This document shows, in pieces, positions 1 to 7,935 of a DNA stretch of 48,677 nucleotides (positions are counted from its first letter, which is position 1; every line of letters starts with the position of its first letter). This DNA is from Minisyncoccota bacterium (GTDB lineage: Bacteria; Patescibacteriota; Minisyncoccia; Phycocordibacterales; UBA9973). The notes beneath the pieces are model-generated. The model was not told where the DNA came from. It made no database searches and saw nothing but the letters and a program-made list of their open reading frames with translations. The position numbers and the translations under genes are program-made. Where the stretch lies: NCBI GenBank assembly GCA_031291825.1, contig JARLIG010000003.1:1-48677 (forward strand), given 5' to 3'.

Positions 1-21
1 AAAATCTAAAAAAAATATACT

Positions 22-61
22 CAGTTTCGAGGTCTGTAAGCTACCTCCCGACCAACGTCTG
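22..61 (-). repeat. Degenerate copy of the dispersed bipartite GACGT palindromic element
   Basis: Reverse complement reads CAGACGTTGGTCGGGAGGTAGCTTACAGACCTCGAAACTG. This is collinear with the copy at 18812-18855 (CAGACGTTGGACGTCTGGAAGCTTACAGACGTGGAGCGTCTG), including the shared spacer AGCTTACAGAC. Lies just 3' of the tRNA-Tyr gene. Confidence 0.55.
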
Positions 62-68
62 TAGAGTG

Positions 69-151
69 TGCGTCGGGAAGGATTCGAACCTTCGGAGCCC
101 TAAGGCGACAGATTTACAGTCTGTTGTAATTGACCACTCTACCACCGACGC
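69..151 (-). tRNA. tRNA-Tyr (anticodon GTA), class II with long variable arm, CCA not encoded
   Basis: Reverse complement begins GCGTCGG (acceptor 5') and ends CCGACGC-A (acceptor 3' plus discriminator). Anticodon stem ACAGA/TCTGT with loop CTGTAAA gives anticodon GTA. About 14-nt variable arm (CGCCTTAGGGCTCC). T-arm GAAGG-TTCGAAT-CCTTC. Confidence 0.9.
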
Positions 152-312
152 TTGTCCCGCCAACTAGGCGTACGTTCACTTAAAATACCACAAAATTATA
201 TTTTTTGCATCTTTTTTAATAAAAAACTTGTTGTTATTCAGAAACTATGTTATTATAAAGTATCTTCAAAAACGGCCTTAGGGCTTTTTTGTTTGATTAA
301 GAAAAATTATTT

Positions 313-2121
313 ATGGAAATTAGAAATATAGCAATTATAGCTCACGTGGACCACGGTAAAACGACCTTGACTGACTGGCTGATGAAGCAAAATGGTGGTC
401 TGCAAGATGAGGGAATTTCAATGGACTCAAACGACCTAGAAAAGGAGCGTGGTATTACTATTTATTCCAAAAATACTTCCATCACTTATAAAGGAACAAA
501 AATAAACATTGTGGACACTCCAGGTCACGCGGATTTCGGTTCAGAAGTCGAACGTGTTTTGCGCGCCATTGACTCCGTGCTTTTATTGGTGGATGCAGTG
601 GAAGGACCGATGCCACAAACCAGATTCGTTTTAAAGAAATCTTTAGAGTTGGGATTAAAGCCAATCGTGGTCATAAATAAAATAGATAAACCAGCTTCCG
701 ACCCGCATCGTGTGCATGAAGAAATTTTAGATTTATTTTTTGAGTTGGGTGCGAACGAAGAGCAAGCAAATTTTGAAACTATTTATGCGATTGGACGTGA
801 AGGTAAAGCATTTAAACATCTCGGAGACAAGTCAGAAGATTTGTCACCATTACTTGATTTAATTTTAGAAAAAGTTCCACCAGCTTCGAAGAATGGTGAT
901 GGTTTGATGTCTGCGCAAGTTTTCAATTTAGGTTACGATAATTTCTTAGGCAGAATGGCCGTGGCCAGAATTTATTCCGGAGTATTAAAAGCTAGCAATC
1001 CAGTTTTTATTAAAGGAGAAAACGGAACACGCAAAGGAAAAATTACCAAGTTGTTTGTCTTTGAAGGTATCACTAGAAAGGAAGTAGAGAGCGCCGATTC
1101 TGGAGATATTGTTCTTTTGGCGGGTATTCCAGATATTTATATTGGAGAGACATTGTGTGAGAACGAGAATGTCGAACCACTTCCTCATATCGCGATAGAT
1201 GAACCGACTTTGTCGCTTAATTTTTTAGTAAACGATTCTCCATTTGCCGGCAAAGAAGGGAAGTATGTGACTTCCAGACAAATCAAAGAAAGATTGGAAA
1301 AAGAATTAGAAATAAACGTCGGGTTAAAAGTAGATTTTACTCCAGACCAAGGTGAAAAAAATATGGGCCCAAGTTTTTTCAAAGTATATGGACGTGGAGA
1401 GTTGCACATCGCTATTTTGCTCGAAAATATGCGCCGAGAAGGTTTTGAAATGCAAGTCTCACAGCCAGAAGTTATCATTAAAGAAGTTGATGGTCATAAG
1501 ACCGAGCCATACGAAGAATTAGTTATTGATGTGCCGATGGAGTCAAGTGGAAGTGTGATTGAAAAGATTGGCAAGCGACGTGGCATTATGAAAGATATGG
1601 TAGAAAAAGAAGGTATTGCAAGGATTATTTTCGATATACCGACTCGTGGATTGCTCGGTTATCGAGGTGAATTTATTATTGACACGAAAGGGGAAGGCAT
1701 AATGAGTTCTCGGGTGACTGGCTTTAAAGACTACGCGGGGGAAATAAAAAGACGAGAGTATGGGTCTATGACTTCGATGGTTTCTGGTAAGGCAGTAGCC
1801 TTTTCCCTTGCAAATTTACAGGAACGTGGTATATTGTATGTAGGTCATGGTGCGGAAGTTTACGAAGGTATGGTGGTTGGAAATGTCCTCAAGGGAGATG
1901 ATATGGCAGTGAACCCGACGAAAGGAAAACAACTTACCAACATGCGTGCTTCTGGTACAGATGAAGCCATCACCTTGAACCCTGTTTTTACTTTGAGTAT
2001 CGAACGAGGGTTAGAAGTGATGAACGAAGATGATTACCTGGAAGTTACTCCAAAATCAGTCAGGCTTCGAAAAAAATATCTGACAGAACTTGACCGCAAA
2101 AAACATTTTGCACAATCTTAA
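313..2121 (+). CDS. typA: Translational GTPase TypA/BipA
   Basis: G-domain motifs [21 protein letters not shown]. The 602-aa length and C-terminal region are typical of BipA rather than EF-G or LepA. Confidence 0.92.
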   Translation: MEIRNIAIIAHVDHGKTTLTDWLMKQNGGLQDEGISMDSNDLEKERGITIYSKNTSITYKGTKINIVDTPGHADFGSEVERVLRAIDSVLLLVDAVEGPMPQTRFVLKKSLELGLKPIVVINKIDKPASDPHRVHEEILDLFFELGANEEQANFETIYAIGREGKAFKHLGDKSEDLSPLLDLILEKVPPASKNGDGLMSAQVFNLGYDNFLGRMAVARIYSGVLKASNPVFIKGENGTRKGKITKLFVFEGITRKEVESADSGDIVLLAGIPDIYIGETLCENENVEPLPHIAIDEPTLSLNFLVNDSPFAGKEGKYVTSRQIKERLEKELEINVGLKVDFTPDQGEKNMGPSFFKVYGRGELHIAILLENMRREGFEMQVSQPEVIIKEVDGHKTEPYEELVIDVPMESSGSVIEKIGKRRGIMKDMVEKEGIARIIFDIPTRGLLGYRGEFIIDTKGEGIMSSRVTGFKDYAGEIKRREYGSMTSMVSGKAVAFSLANLQERGILYVGHGAEVYEGMVVGNVLKGDDMAVNPTKGKQLTNMRASGTDEAITLNPVFTLSIERGLEVMNEDDYLEVTPKSVRLRKKYLTELDRKKHFAQS

Positions 2122-2150
2122 AAAATCTTATAACTTTCAATAAAAAAAAT

Positions 2151-3179
2151 ATGTCAACAATAACTTTCAAACCAAAAAAAGTAACCAAGAAAATAACTTC
2201 ACATTTACAAGACCGTGCGTCTGACGTGATCATGAATCGTTTTGGTTTGACAGTTGATGGTAAGAGAAAAACTTTGGAAGAAATCGGCAAAAAATATAAT
2301 ATCACTCGAGAGCGTGTTCGCCAAGTGGAGGATGTTGCTTTGAATTTAATAAAAAAATCTGAAGCTTACAAAAGCGAGCAAGCAGTTTTTGAAGAATTAA
2401 AGCAATTGATGCACAAGCTCGGTTCTATTGTTTCAGAAAACGAATTACTTTCTTATATTTCCAAAGACGAAGCCACTCAAAATCACATTCACTTTTTCCT
2501 AGTGCTTTCCGATGCTTTCAAAAAATATCGTGAGGATGACCATTTTCATACTCGCTGGAGTGTGGATGATGCGATGGCGGATAAAATTCACGAGAGTTTG
2601 CGTAAGCTTTATGCAACGCTCAAAGACGAAGATTTGATTCCAGAAACTGAAATGATTAAAAAGTTTTTTGACCAGATGAAAGATGTTGCGGAAGAATATC
2701 GTGATGAAGAGATGGCTAAGCGCTGGCTTTCGATGTCCAAAGCAGTGGCAAAGAATGGTTTAGGGGAATGGGGTAAGGCCTCTTCTCCAAATATCCGCAC
2801 GCGCGGAGTAAAAGATTATGCTTTTCTAGTTATGCGACGTCATGGTTCACCGATGCACTTCAAAGAAGTAGCTGATTCTATTTCTAAAACTTTCGGTAAA
2901 AAGACTCATTATGCTACTTGTCACAATGAACTCATTAAAGATAGCCGTTTTGTGCTAGTTGGCCGCGGAATGTATGCGCTTGCTGAATGGGGCTACAAGG
3001 TAGGTATTGCTCGTGAAGTGATTGAAGATATTCTGAAGAGAGAAGGCGCGCTCTCTAAAGACGAAGTTGTCGAGAAAGTTATGAAAGAAAGATATTTCAA
3101 GAAAAATACTATCTTAGTAAATCTAGCAAATCCAAAATACTTCAAGAAAAATAAAAACGGACTTTATACTCTAGCTTAG
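2151..3179 (+). CDS. Sigma-70 region 4-like HTH protein with C-terminal HARE-HTH-like domain
   Basis: N-terminal LTVDGKRKTLEEIGKKYNITRERVRQVEDVAL resembles sigma-70 region 4.2. C-terminal YAFLVMRRHGSPMHFKEVADSI...GRGMYALAEWGY resembles the HARE-HTH of the RNAP delta subunit. No region 2 is visible. Confidence 0.6.
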   Translation: MSTITFKPKKVTKKITSHLQDRASDVIMNRFGLTVDGKRKTLEEIGKKYNITRERVRQVEDVALNLIKKSEAYKSEQAVFEELKQLMHKLGSIVSENELLSYISKDEATQNHIHFFLVLSDAFKKYREDDHFHTRWSVDDAMADKIHESLRKLYATLKDEDLIPETEMIKKFFDQMKDVAEEYRDEEMAKRWLSMSKAVAKNGLGEWGKASSPNIRTRGVKDYAFLVMRRHGSPMHFKEVADSISKTFGKKTHYATCHNELIKDSRFVLVGRGMYALAEWGYKVGIAREVIEDILKREGALSKDEVVEKVMKERYFKKNTILVNLANPKYFKKNKNGLYTLA

Positions 3180-3188
3180 TTTTTTATG

Positions 3189-3230
3189 AAAAGACTCTTC
3201 CTTTACGAGGAAGAGTCTTTTTGCTGTATT
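3189..3230 (+). terminator. Rho-independent terminator
   Basis: Perfect 14-bp stem AAAAGACTCTTCCT / AGGAAGAGTCTTTT with loop TTACG, followed by a T-rich tract. Confidence 0.75.
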
Positions 3231-3247
3231 TTTTTACGTATTTGTAT

Positions 3248-3253
3248 TAAAAT
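3248..3253 (+). promoter_or_regulatory. -10 box TAAAAT, 6 nt upstream of ATG 3260 (leaderless candidate)
   Basis: TAAAAT-actagt-ATG, immediately after the terminator at 3189-3230. Confidence 0.4.
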
Positions 3254-3259
3254 ACTAGT

Positions 3260-4648
3260 ATGACTGGGGATGAATTTATTGAATCTGTTCTGGCCGTTTT
3301 TACGGAAATTTGGCCGATGCTTTTGATTATACTCATTGGTTTTTTGGCTATTGAGTTTCATCTAGTTACAGAGCTTTTGTCTTTGATTGGAGTTATTATT
3401 TTGGGTCGCATTACTTGGGCAATGTGGGTTCATTATGTTCAGCAAGATTTTATTTCTGGTATTGATTTTGTTTTATTGGAAATCATTCCTCCACGTGAAG
3501 TTTTACGTAGTCCAAAAGCCATGGAACTTTTTATTACCAATGCTCTGTACCATTGGAGCACAAAGGGAGGCCGAGAAGAATTTTGGCAGGGAGCTGTGTG
3601 GTTTTGGTTTTCGTTAGAAATCGCCTCAATCGACGGACAGGTGCATTTTTATATTAGGACACCGACACGTATCAGGGGATTAATTGAGACTCAAATGTAT
3701 GCGCAATATCCTCAGGCGCAGGTGAAGGCAGTAGAAGATTATACTTTAGCTGTGGATGAGATAACCCCTACGAGTGCTTGGAATGGCTGGGGATGTGAGT
3801 TTGCTTTAAAAAAACCAGAAGCATATCCACTTAAGACTTATGTTGATTTTGGACTCGATAAGGACCCGAAAGAAGAATTTAAGGTTGACCCTATTTCTCC
3901 AGTAGTGGAGCTTTTTGGTTCACTTAAAAAAGGTGAGCAGATGTGGATGCAAATTGTAGTTGCACCTTCAAAAAAAATGTATCACACCAAGGGAACTATT
4001 TTTGGTAAACATGATTGGGTAAAAGAAGCTGGTATACAAATGGCCAAGCTCTTAGCCCCATATAGTAGTTATAAAGAAGTTAAAACTGTCGAAGAGTTGG
4101 GGGTAGGAAGAGCTAGGATAGAAGTCCGTGTTCCACCACACCTAGACGAGGTGATGAAAAAAATGAGAGCAAAACCAGGGAAACTTGGTTTTGATACTGG
4201 CATTAGGGTTATGTATATAGCCAAAAAAGAAGCATTTGACATGAGCAGTCGCAGAAATTTACGTCTTGTTTTTCGGCAATATGCAGACCCTAACTCAAAT
4301 GAATTACTGCGCGTTAATTCAACTCAGGCAGATGCTTTTAATAGTTCATTTTTTGGACTTTCTCCAAAAAAGGTAATGGTTTTAGCAAACAGAATGCTCC
4401 ATGAATATCGTGAAAGAGGATTTTTTCATCTGCCAATGAGACACATATTTAACAATCATACTATTACTGGACCTATGGCAGTTATTGTTAAGCAATTTTG
4501 GTTGCCATATTTTCATCCGACAACTTTTGTCTTAAGTACAGAAGAGATAGCGACTATGTGGCACTTTCCTGGTCAGATTATGCGTGTGCCTACGCTGGAA
4601 CGTATTGAGTCGAAAGAAGCTTCTCCACCTACAAACTTACCAACTTAA
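3260..4648 (+). CDS. Hypothetical membrane protein (two N-terminal TM helices, large soluble domain)
   Basis: Long ORF in the operon frame. Hydrophobic stretches IWPMLLIILIGFLAIEF and LLSLIGVIILGRITWAMWV. No catalytic motif recognised. Confidence 0.6.
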   Translation: MTGDEFIESVLAVFTEIWPMLLIILIGFLAIEFHLVTELLSLIGVIILGRITWAMWVHYVQQDFISGIDFVLLEIIPPREVLRSPKAMELFITNALYHWSTKGGREEFWQGAVWFWFSLEIASIDGQVHFYIRTPTRIRGLIETQMYAQYPQAQVKAVEDYTLAVDEITPTSAWNGWGCEFALKKPEAYPLKTYVDFGLDKDPKEEFKVDPISPVVELFGSLKKGEQMWMQIVVAPSKKMYHTKGTIFGKHDWVKEAGIQMAKLLAPYSSYKEVKTVEELGVGRARIEVRVPPHLDEVMKKMRAKPGKLGFDTGIRVMYIAKKEAFDMSSRRNLRLVFRQYADPNSNELLRVNSTQADAFNSSFFGLSPKKVMVLANRMLHEYRERGFFHLPMRHIFNNHTITGPMAVIVKQFWLPYFHPTTFVLSTEEIATMWHFPGQIMRVPTLERIESKEASPPTNLPT

Positions 4649-4654
4649 TTTTTT

Positions 4655-5599
4655 ATGGAAAACTTCTTTTCATCAGAGGGTTTTAAACATTTCGTTCTAG
4701 ACCTAGTATTTAGTATTAAAAAACATGAGAAAATTATTTCTTATGTTTTTGGTGCGATTATATTTTTAGTACTTTCTTATTTTTTTTTATTAAGCGCGCC
4801 GGTAAATTTTCCAAAATCTTCTGTGATAGGAATAGATTCAGGAATGAGTCTGCGTAGTGTTTCAGCTCTCTTGAAAAATGACCAAGTCATACGTTCTCGG
4901 GTAATGTTCGAATATTCAGTAATAATATTGGGTGGAGAAAAACACATAGTTTCAGCTGATTATTCTTTCCCAAGTAGTCTATCAGTTTGGCAAGTTGCGA
5001 TGAGTATCATGAAGGGTGAGCATAAATCACCAGCTGTTTTGGTGACCATTCCAGAAGGTTTTAATTTAAATCAGATAGCAGATGTTTGTAAATTAAAATT
5101 AATTAATTTTAATGAGACTCAATTCTTAACAGAGACTGAGAACATGGAAGGATATCTTTTTCCGGATACTTATTTTTTCTTAAGTAATGCAAACGAGGAA
5201 GATGTTGTAAAATCCATGAATGAAAATTTTCAGAAAAAAATCACACCACTTTTACCACAAATAAATGCTTCTGGTCATTCAGAAAAAGACATCATAACGA
5301 TGGCATCTATTTTAGAAGGAGAAGCTCAGGGTGATACTGACATAGGAATTATTTCTGGAATTTTATGGAAAAGAATTAAAATTGGTATGCCGCTGGAGGT
5401 TGATTCTGCGCCGGAGACTTATAAAACCAAAGGTTTGCCGGAAAACCCCATTAACAATCCAGGATTGGAAGCTATTTTAGCCGCGATTAATCCGCAAAGT
5501 TCGCCTTATCTTTATTATTTGCATGATAAAAATGGTAATATTCACTATGCTACGACTTTTGCACAGCATCAGGCAAACATTAGAGAATATTTAAAATGA
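4655..5599 (+). CDS. mltG: Endolytic murein transglycosylase MltG (YceG-like)
   Basis: Single N-terminal TM helix, EGYLFPDTYFF signature, ASILEGEA catalytic region. Confidence 0.85.
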   Translation: MENFFSSEGFKHFVLDLVFSIKKHEKIISYVFGAIIFLVLSYFFLLSAPVNFPKSSVIGIDSGMSLRSVSALLKNDQVIRSRVMFEYSVIILGGEKHIVSADYSFPSSLSVWQVAMSIMKGEHKSPAVLVTIPEGFNLNQIADVCKLKLINFNETQFLTETENMEGYLFPDTYFFLSNANEEDVVKSMNENFQKKITPLLPQINASGHSEKDIITMASILEGEAQGDTDIGIISGILWKRIKIGMPLEVDSAPETYKTKGLPENPINNPGLEAILAAINPQSSPYLYYLHDKNGNIHYATTFAQHQANIREYLK

Positions 5600-5604
5600 A
5601 AAAG

Positions 5605-5650
5605 ATACAGACGTTGGACGTCTGGGGAACCGAGACGTCCAACGTCTATA
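5605..5650. repeat. GACGT palindromic element copy (inverted pair)
   Basis: CAGACGTTGGACGTCTGG, then GGAACCG, then AGACGTCCAACGTCT. The arms are reverse complements and each arm is itself a hairpin. Starts 6 nt after the mltG stop. Confidence 0.8.
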
Positions 5651-5660
5651 TCAAAATTAT

Positions 5661-6188
5661 ATGAAAAAACACAATTTTGCTTTTATTGATATAGAAACTA
5701 CAGGCTTAAACTTATTAAAGAATGAGATTATTGAAATTGGCTGTGTTCTCACAACACCTGACTTAAAAGTAATCGAAGAATTTGAATTGAAAATAAAACC
5801 AGAACATATAGAAACAGCTAACCAAATTGCTCTCAAGGTAAATCATTACAATAGAGAAGATTGGGAATCAGCTCTTAGTTTAGAAAAAGCTATTAAAATA
5901 TTTTCTAAAAAAGTTAGAGACTGTATTATGGTTGGACACAATGTATCTTTTGACTCTGGGTTTTTAGAATATACTTTTAATCAATTTAAAATAAAAAATC
6001 CGATGCATTATCACAAGTTAGATACTATTTCTATTGCTTGGGCAAAATTTCACAACGATCCAAGCTTCGAGCATTTCTCTTTACATGAAATGTGTTTGCA
6101 TTTTGGTATAAAAAACGAGCGTGCACATTCTGCTTTGCCTGATGCTCGTGCCACATATGAGCTTTACAAAAAACTCATGTCTCTGTAG
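5661..6188 (+). CDS. DEDDh 3'-5' exonuclease (DnaQ / Pol III epsilon-like)
   Basis: Exo motifs FIDIETTGL, VGHNVSFDSGFL, HSALPDA. Confidence 0.8.
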   Translation: MKKHNFAFIDIETTGLNLLKNEIIEIGCVLTTPDLKVIEEFELKIKPEHIETANQIALKVNHYNREDWESALSLEKAIKIFSKKVRDCIMVGHNVSFDSGFLEYTFNQFKIKNPMHYHKLDTISIAWAKFHNDPSFEHFSLHEMCLHFGIKNERAHSALPDARATYELYKKLMSL

Positions 6189-6293
6189 AATCAAAATATT
6201 CTCTAAAAAGCCCGCATAATTTTCTGCTGAAAATTTGCTTAGACTTCGGCCCGTCGGCCTACGTAAGACTTTTTATAGAACATTTTGATTCTA
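6186..6293. mobile_element. MITE-like element with 25-nt terminal inverted repeats filling the whole intergenic spacer
   Basis: Left TIR is TAGAATCAAAATATTCTCTAAAAAG (6186-6210). Reverse complement of 6269-6293 is TAGAATCAAAATGTTCTATAAAAAG (2 mismatches in 25). The left end is the TAG stop of the upstream gene and the right end is the A of the mnmA ATG. The GC-rich interior contains AATTTTCTGCTGAAAATT. Confidence 0.6.
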
Positions 6294-7453
6294 TGAGTAA
6301 CACAAAGAAGAAAATTGTATTCGTTGGACTTTCGGGAGGTGTAGACTCTGCGGTTTCTGCTGCGCTTCTGAAAAAACAAAATTATGAAGTTGTCGGAGTT
6401 TTTATCAAAACTTGGCATCCGGAGTTTTTAGTGTGCAACGAAGAAGAAGAACGTATGGACGCGATGCGCGTGGCAGCTCATTTAGATATCCCTTTTTTAA
6501 CTTTTGATTTTAGCGACGTTTACAAAAAAGAAGTTGCAGACTATATGATAAATGAGTATAAAACTGGAAGAACTCCAAATCCAGATGTGATGTGCAATAA
6601 AGAAGTGAAGTTTGGAGCATTTCTCAAAAAAGCACTTTCAATGGGTGCTGACTTTGTGGCGACTGGACATTATGCACAAGAGTTTTCAGAGCAGAATTTT
6701 AAAGGCGGAAGGTTCCGCCCGAAGGGTGGAGTAATGCCGAAAAATTCTGCTCTGAAAACGTTTTTAGTTAAAGGAATAGACCCCTCAAAAGATCAAAGTT
6801 ATTTTTTGTGGACATTAAAACAAGAACAATTAAGCAAAATTTTATTTCCAATTGGATATTTAAAAAAGACCGAAGTAAGAATTTTGGCGAAGAAATTTAA
6901 ATTACCAGTTGCGGAAAAGAAAGACAGTCAAGGGATTTGCTTTTTAGGCGCGGTAGATTTAAAAGAATTTTTGAAGCATTATATTAAATCAAAAAAAGGG
7001 AAAGTTGTTAATGAAAAAGGGGAGGATGTTGGCTATCATGATGGAGTAGTTTTCCACACATTAGGGGAGAGACATGGATTTACAATTACTAAAAAAGGTT
7101 CAACGGATGGCGCGTATTATGTCATTGGTAAGGATATTAAAAAAAATATTTTAGTTGTTTCGCAATCCCCAGACGTTGGACTGACGTTGGACACCCGCCA
7201 AGGGCGGATGTCCAACGTCGACCCAGACGTCCAACGTCTGGAACAAACTAATTGGATTTTAAAAATTCCAAAACCAAATAAAAATTATACAGCGCAAATC
7301 CGTTACCATGGAGAATTTTTTCCTTGTCAGATATTAATCAAATCAAAAACGGAGGTAGAAGTTTTATTCAAAAAACCAGTCATTATTGCCTCTGGTCAAT
7401 CCATTGTTGTTTATGACAAAGATGTTTGCCTGGGCGGCGGAGTGGTTGTATAA
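6293..7453 (+). CDS. mnmA: tRNA 2-thiouridine(34) synthase MnmA, carrying two in-frame palindromic insertions
   Basis: PP-loop SGGVDSAV, ATGHYA, KDQSYFL, DSQGICFLG, C-terminal barrel ending CLGGG. Confidence 0.9.
   Translation: MSNTKKKIVFVGLSGGVDSAVSAALLKKQNYEVVGVFIKTWHPEFLVCNEEEERMDAMRVAAHLDIPFLTFDFSDVYKKEVADYMINEYKTGRTPNPDVMCNKEVKFGAFLKKALSMGADFVATGHYAQEFSEQNFKGGRFRPKGGVMPKNSALKTFLVKGIDPSKDQSYFLWTLKQEQLSKILFPIGYLKKTEVRILAKKFKLPVAEKKDSQGICFLGAVDLKEFLKHYIKSKKGKVVNEKGEDVGYHDGVVFHTLGERHGFTITKKGSTDGAYYVIGKDIKKNILVVSQSPDVGLTLDTRQGRMSNVDPDVQRLEQTNWILKIPKPNKNYTAQIRYHGEFFPCQILIKSKTEVEVLFKKPVIIASGQSIVVYDKDVCLGGGVVV
6683..6758. repeat. Intragenic palindromic element (18-nt perfect inverted repeat, 40-nt GC-rich core)
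   Basis: TTTTCAGAGCAGAATTTT (6683-6700) is the exact reverse complement of AAAATTCTGCTCTGAAAA (6741-6758). The core contains the hairpin GGCGGAAGGTTCCGCC. Translated in frame as FSEQNFKGGRFRPKGGVMPKNSALKT. Confidence 0.8.
7169..7241. repeat. Intragenic copy of the GACGT palindromic element (long imperfect inverted repeat)
   Basis: CCAGACGTTGGACTGACGTTGGACACCCGCC, then AAG, then GGCGGATGTCCAACGTCGACCCAGACGTCCAACGTCTGG. Translated in frame as PDVGLTLDTRQGRMSNVDPDVQRLE. Confidence 0.8.
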
Positions 7454-7460
7454 TGGATAA

Positions 7461-7919
7461 ATGCAACAATTTTTTACACAAAACTATGATGTTATATTAA
7501 GATTAGTAACAGCAGTTTTTCTTGGTTTACTGGTTGGGGCAGAGAGAGTTTTAGTGCATAAAGAGGCTGGAATGAAAACGCATGCTTTAGTAGCAATGGG
7601 TGCGGCAGTTTTTGCTTTAGTGTCTGAACAATTAATACAAAAATATGCATATCTACCAGGGCTTAATCCAACTATGATTCCAGCTCAAATAGTACTAGGT
7701 ATTGGATTTTTAGGTGCTGGGTCAATAATGTTACAAGGCTCACGGCTCAAAGGTTTGACTACCGCGAGTGGACTTTGGGTTGTTGCCGGTATTGGTATGG
7801 CTTCTGGGTTAGGGTTTTATGGTTTGGCTTTTATTGCAACCGTTTTAATACTTTTGATTTTTACCTTGGTATATATACTTGAAAAACCTATTAGAAAAAT
7901 TTCTGGGGAGACAGAATAA
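7461..7919 (+). CDS. MgtC/SapB family membrane protein
   Basis: VGAERVLVHKEAGMKTHALVAMGAA signature and 4-5 TM helices. Confidence 0.8.
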   Translation: MQQFFTQNYDVILRLVTAVFLGLLVGAERVLVHKEAGMKTHALVAMGAAVFALVSEQLIQKYAYLPGLNPTMIPAQIVLGIGFLGAGSIMLQGSRLKGLTTASGLWVVAGIGMASGLGFYGLAFIATVLILLIFTLVYILEKPIRKISGETE

Positions 7920-7935
7920 ATAATTTAGAATCAAT

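Noticed and set aside
274-300. Hairpin/terminator in the typA leader (ACGGCCTTAGGGCTTTTTT)
   Set aside because: At most 2-3 bp can pair, which is too weak to call despite the T-tract.
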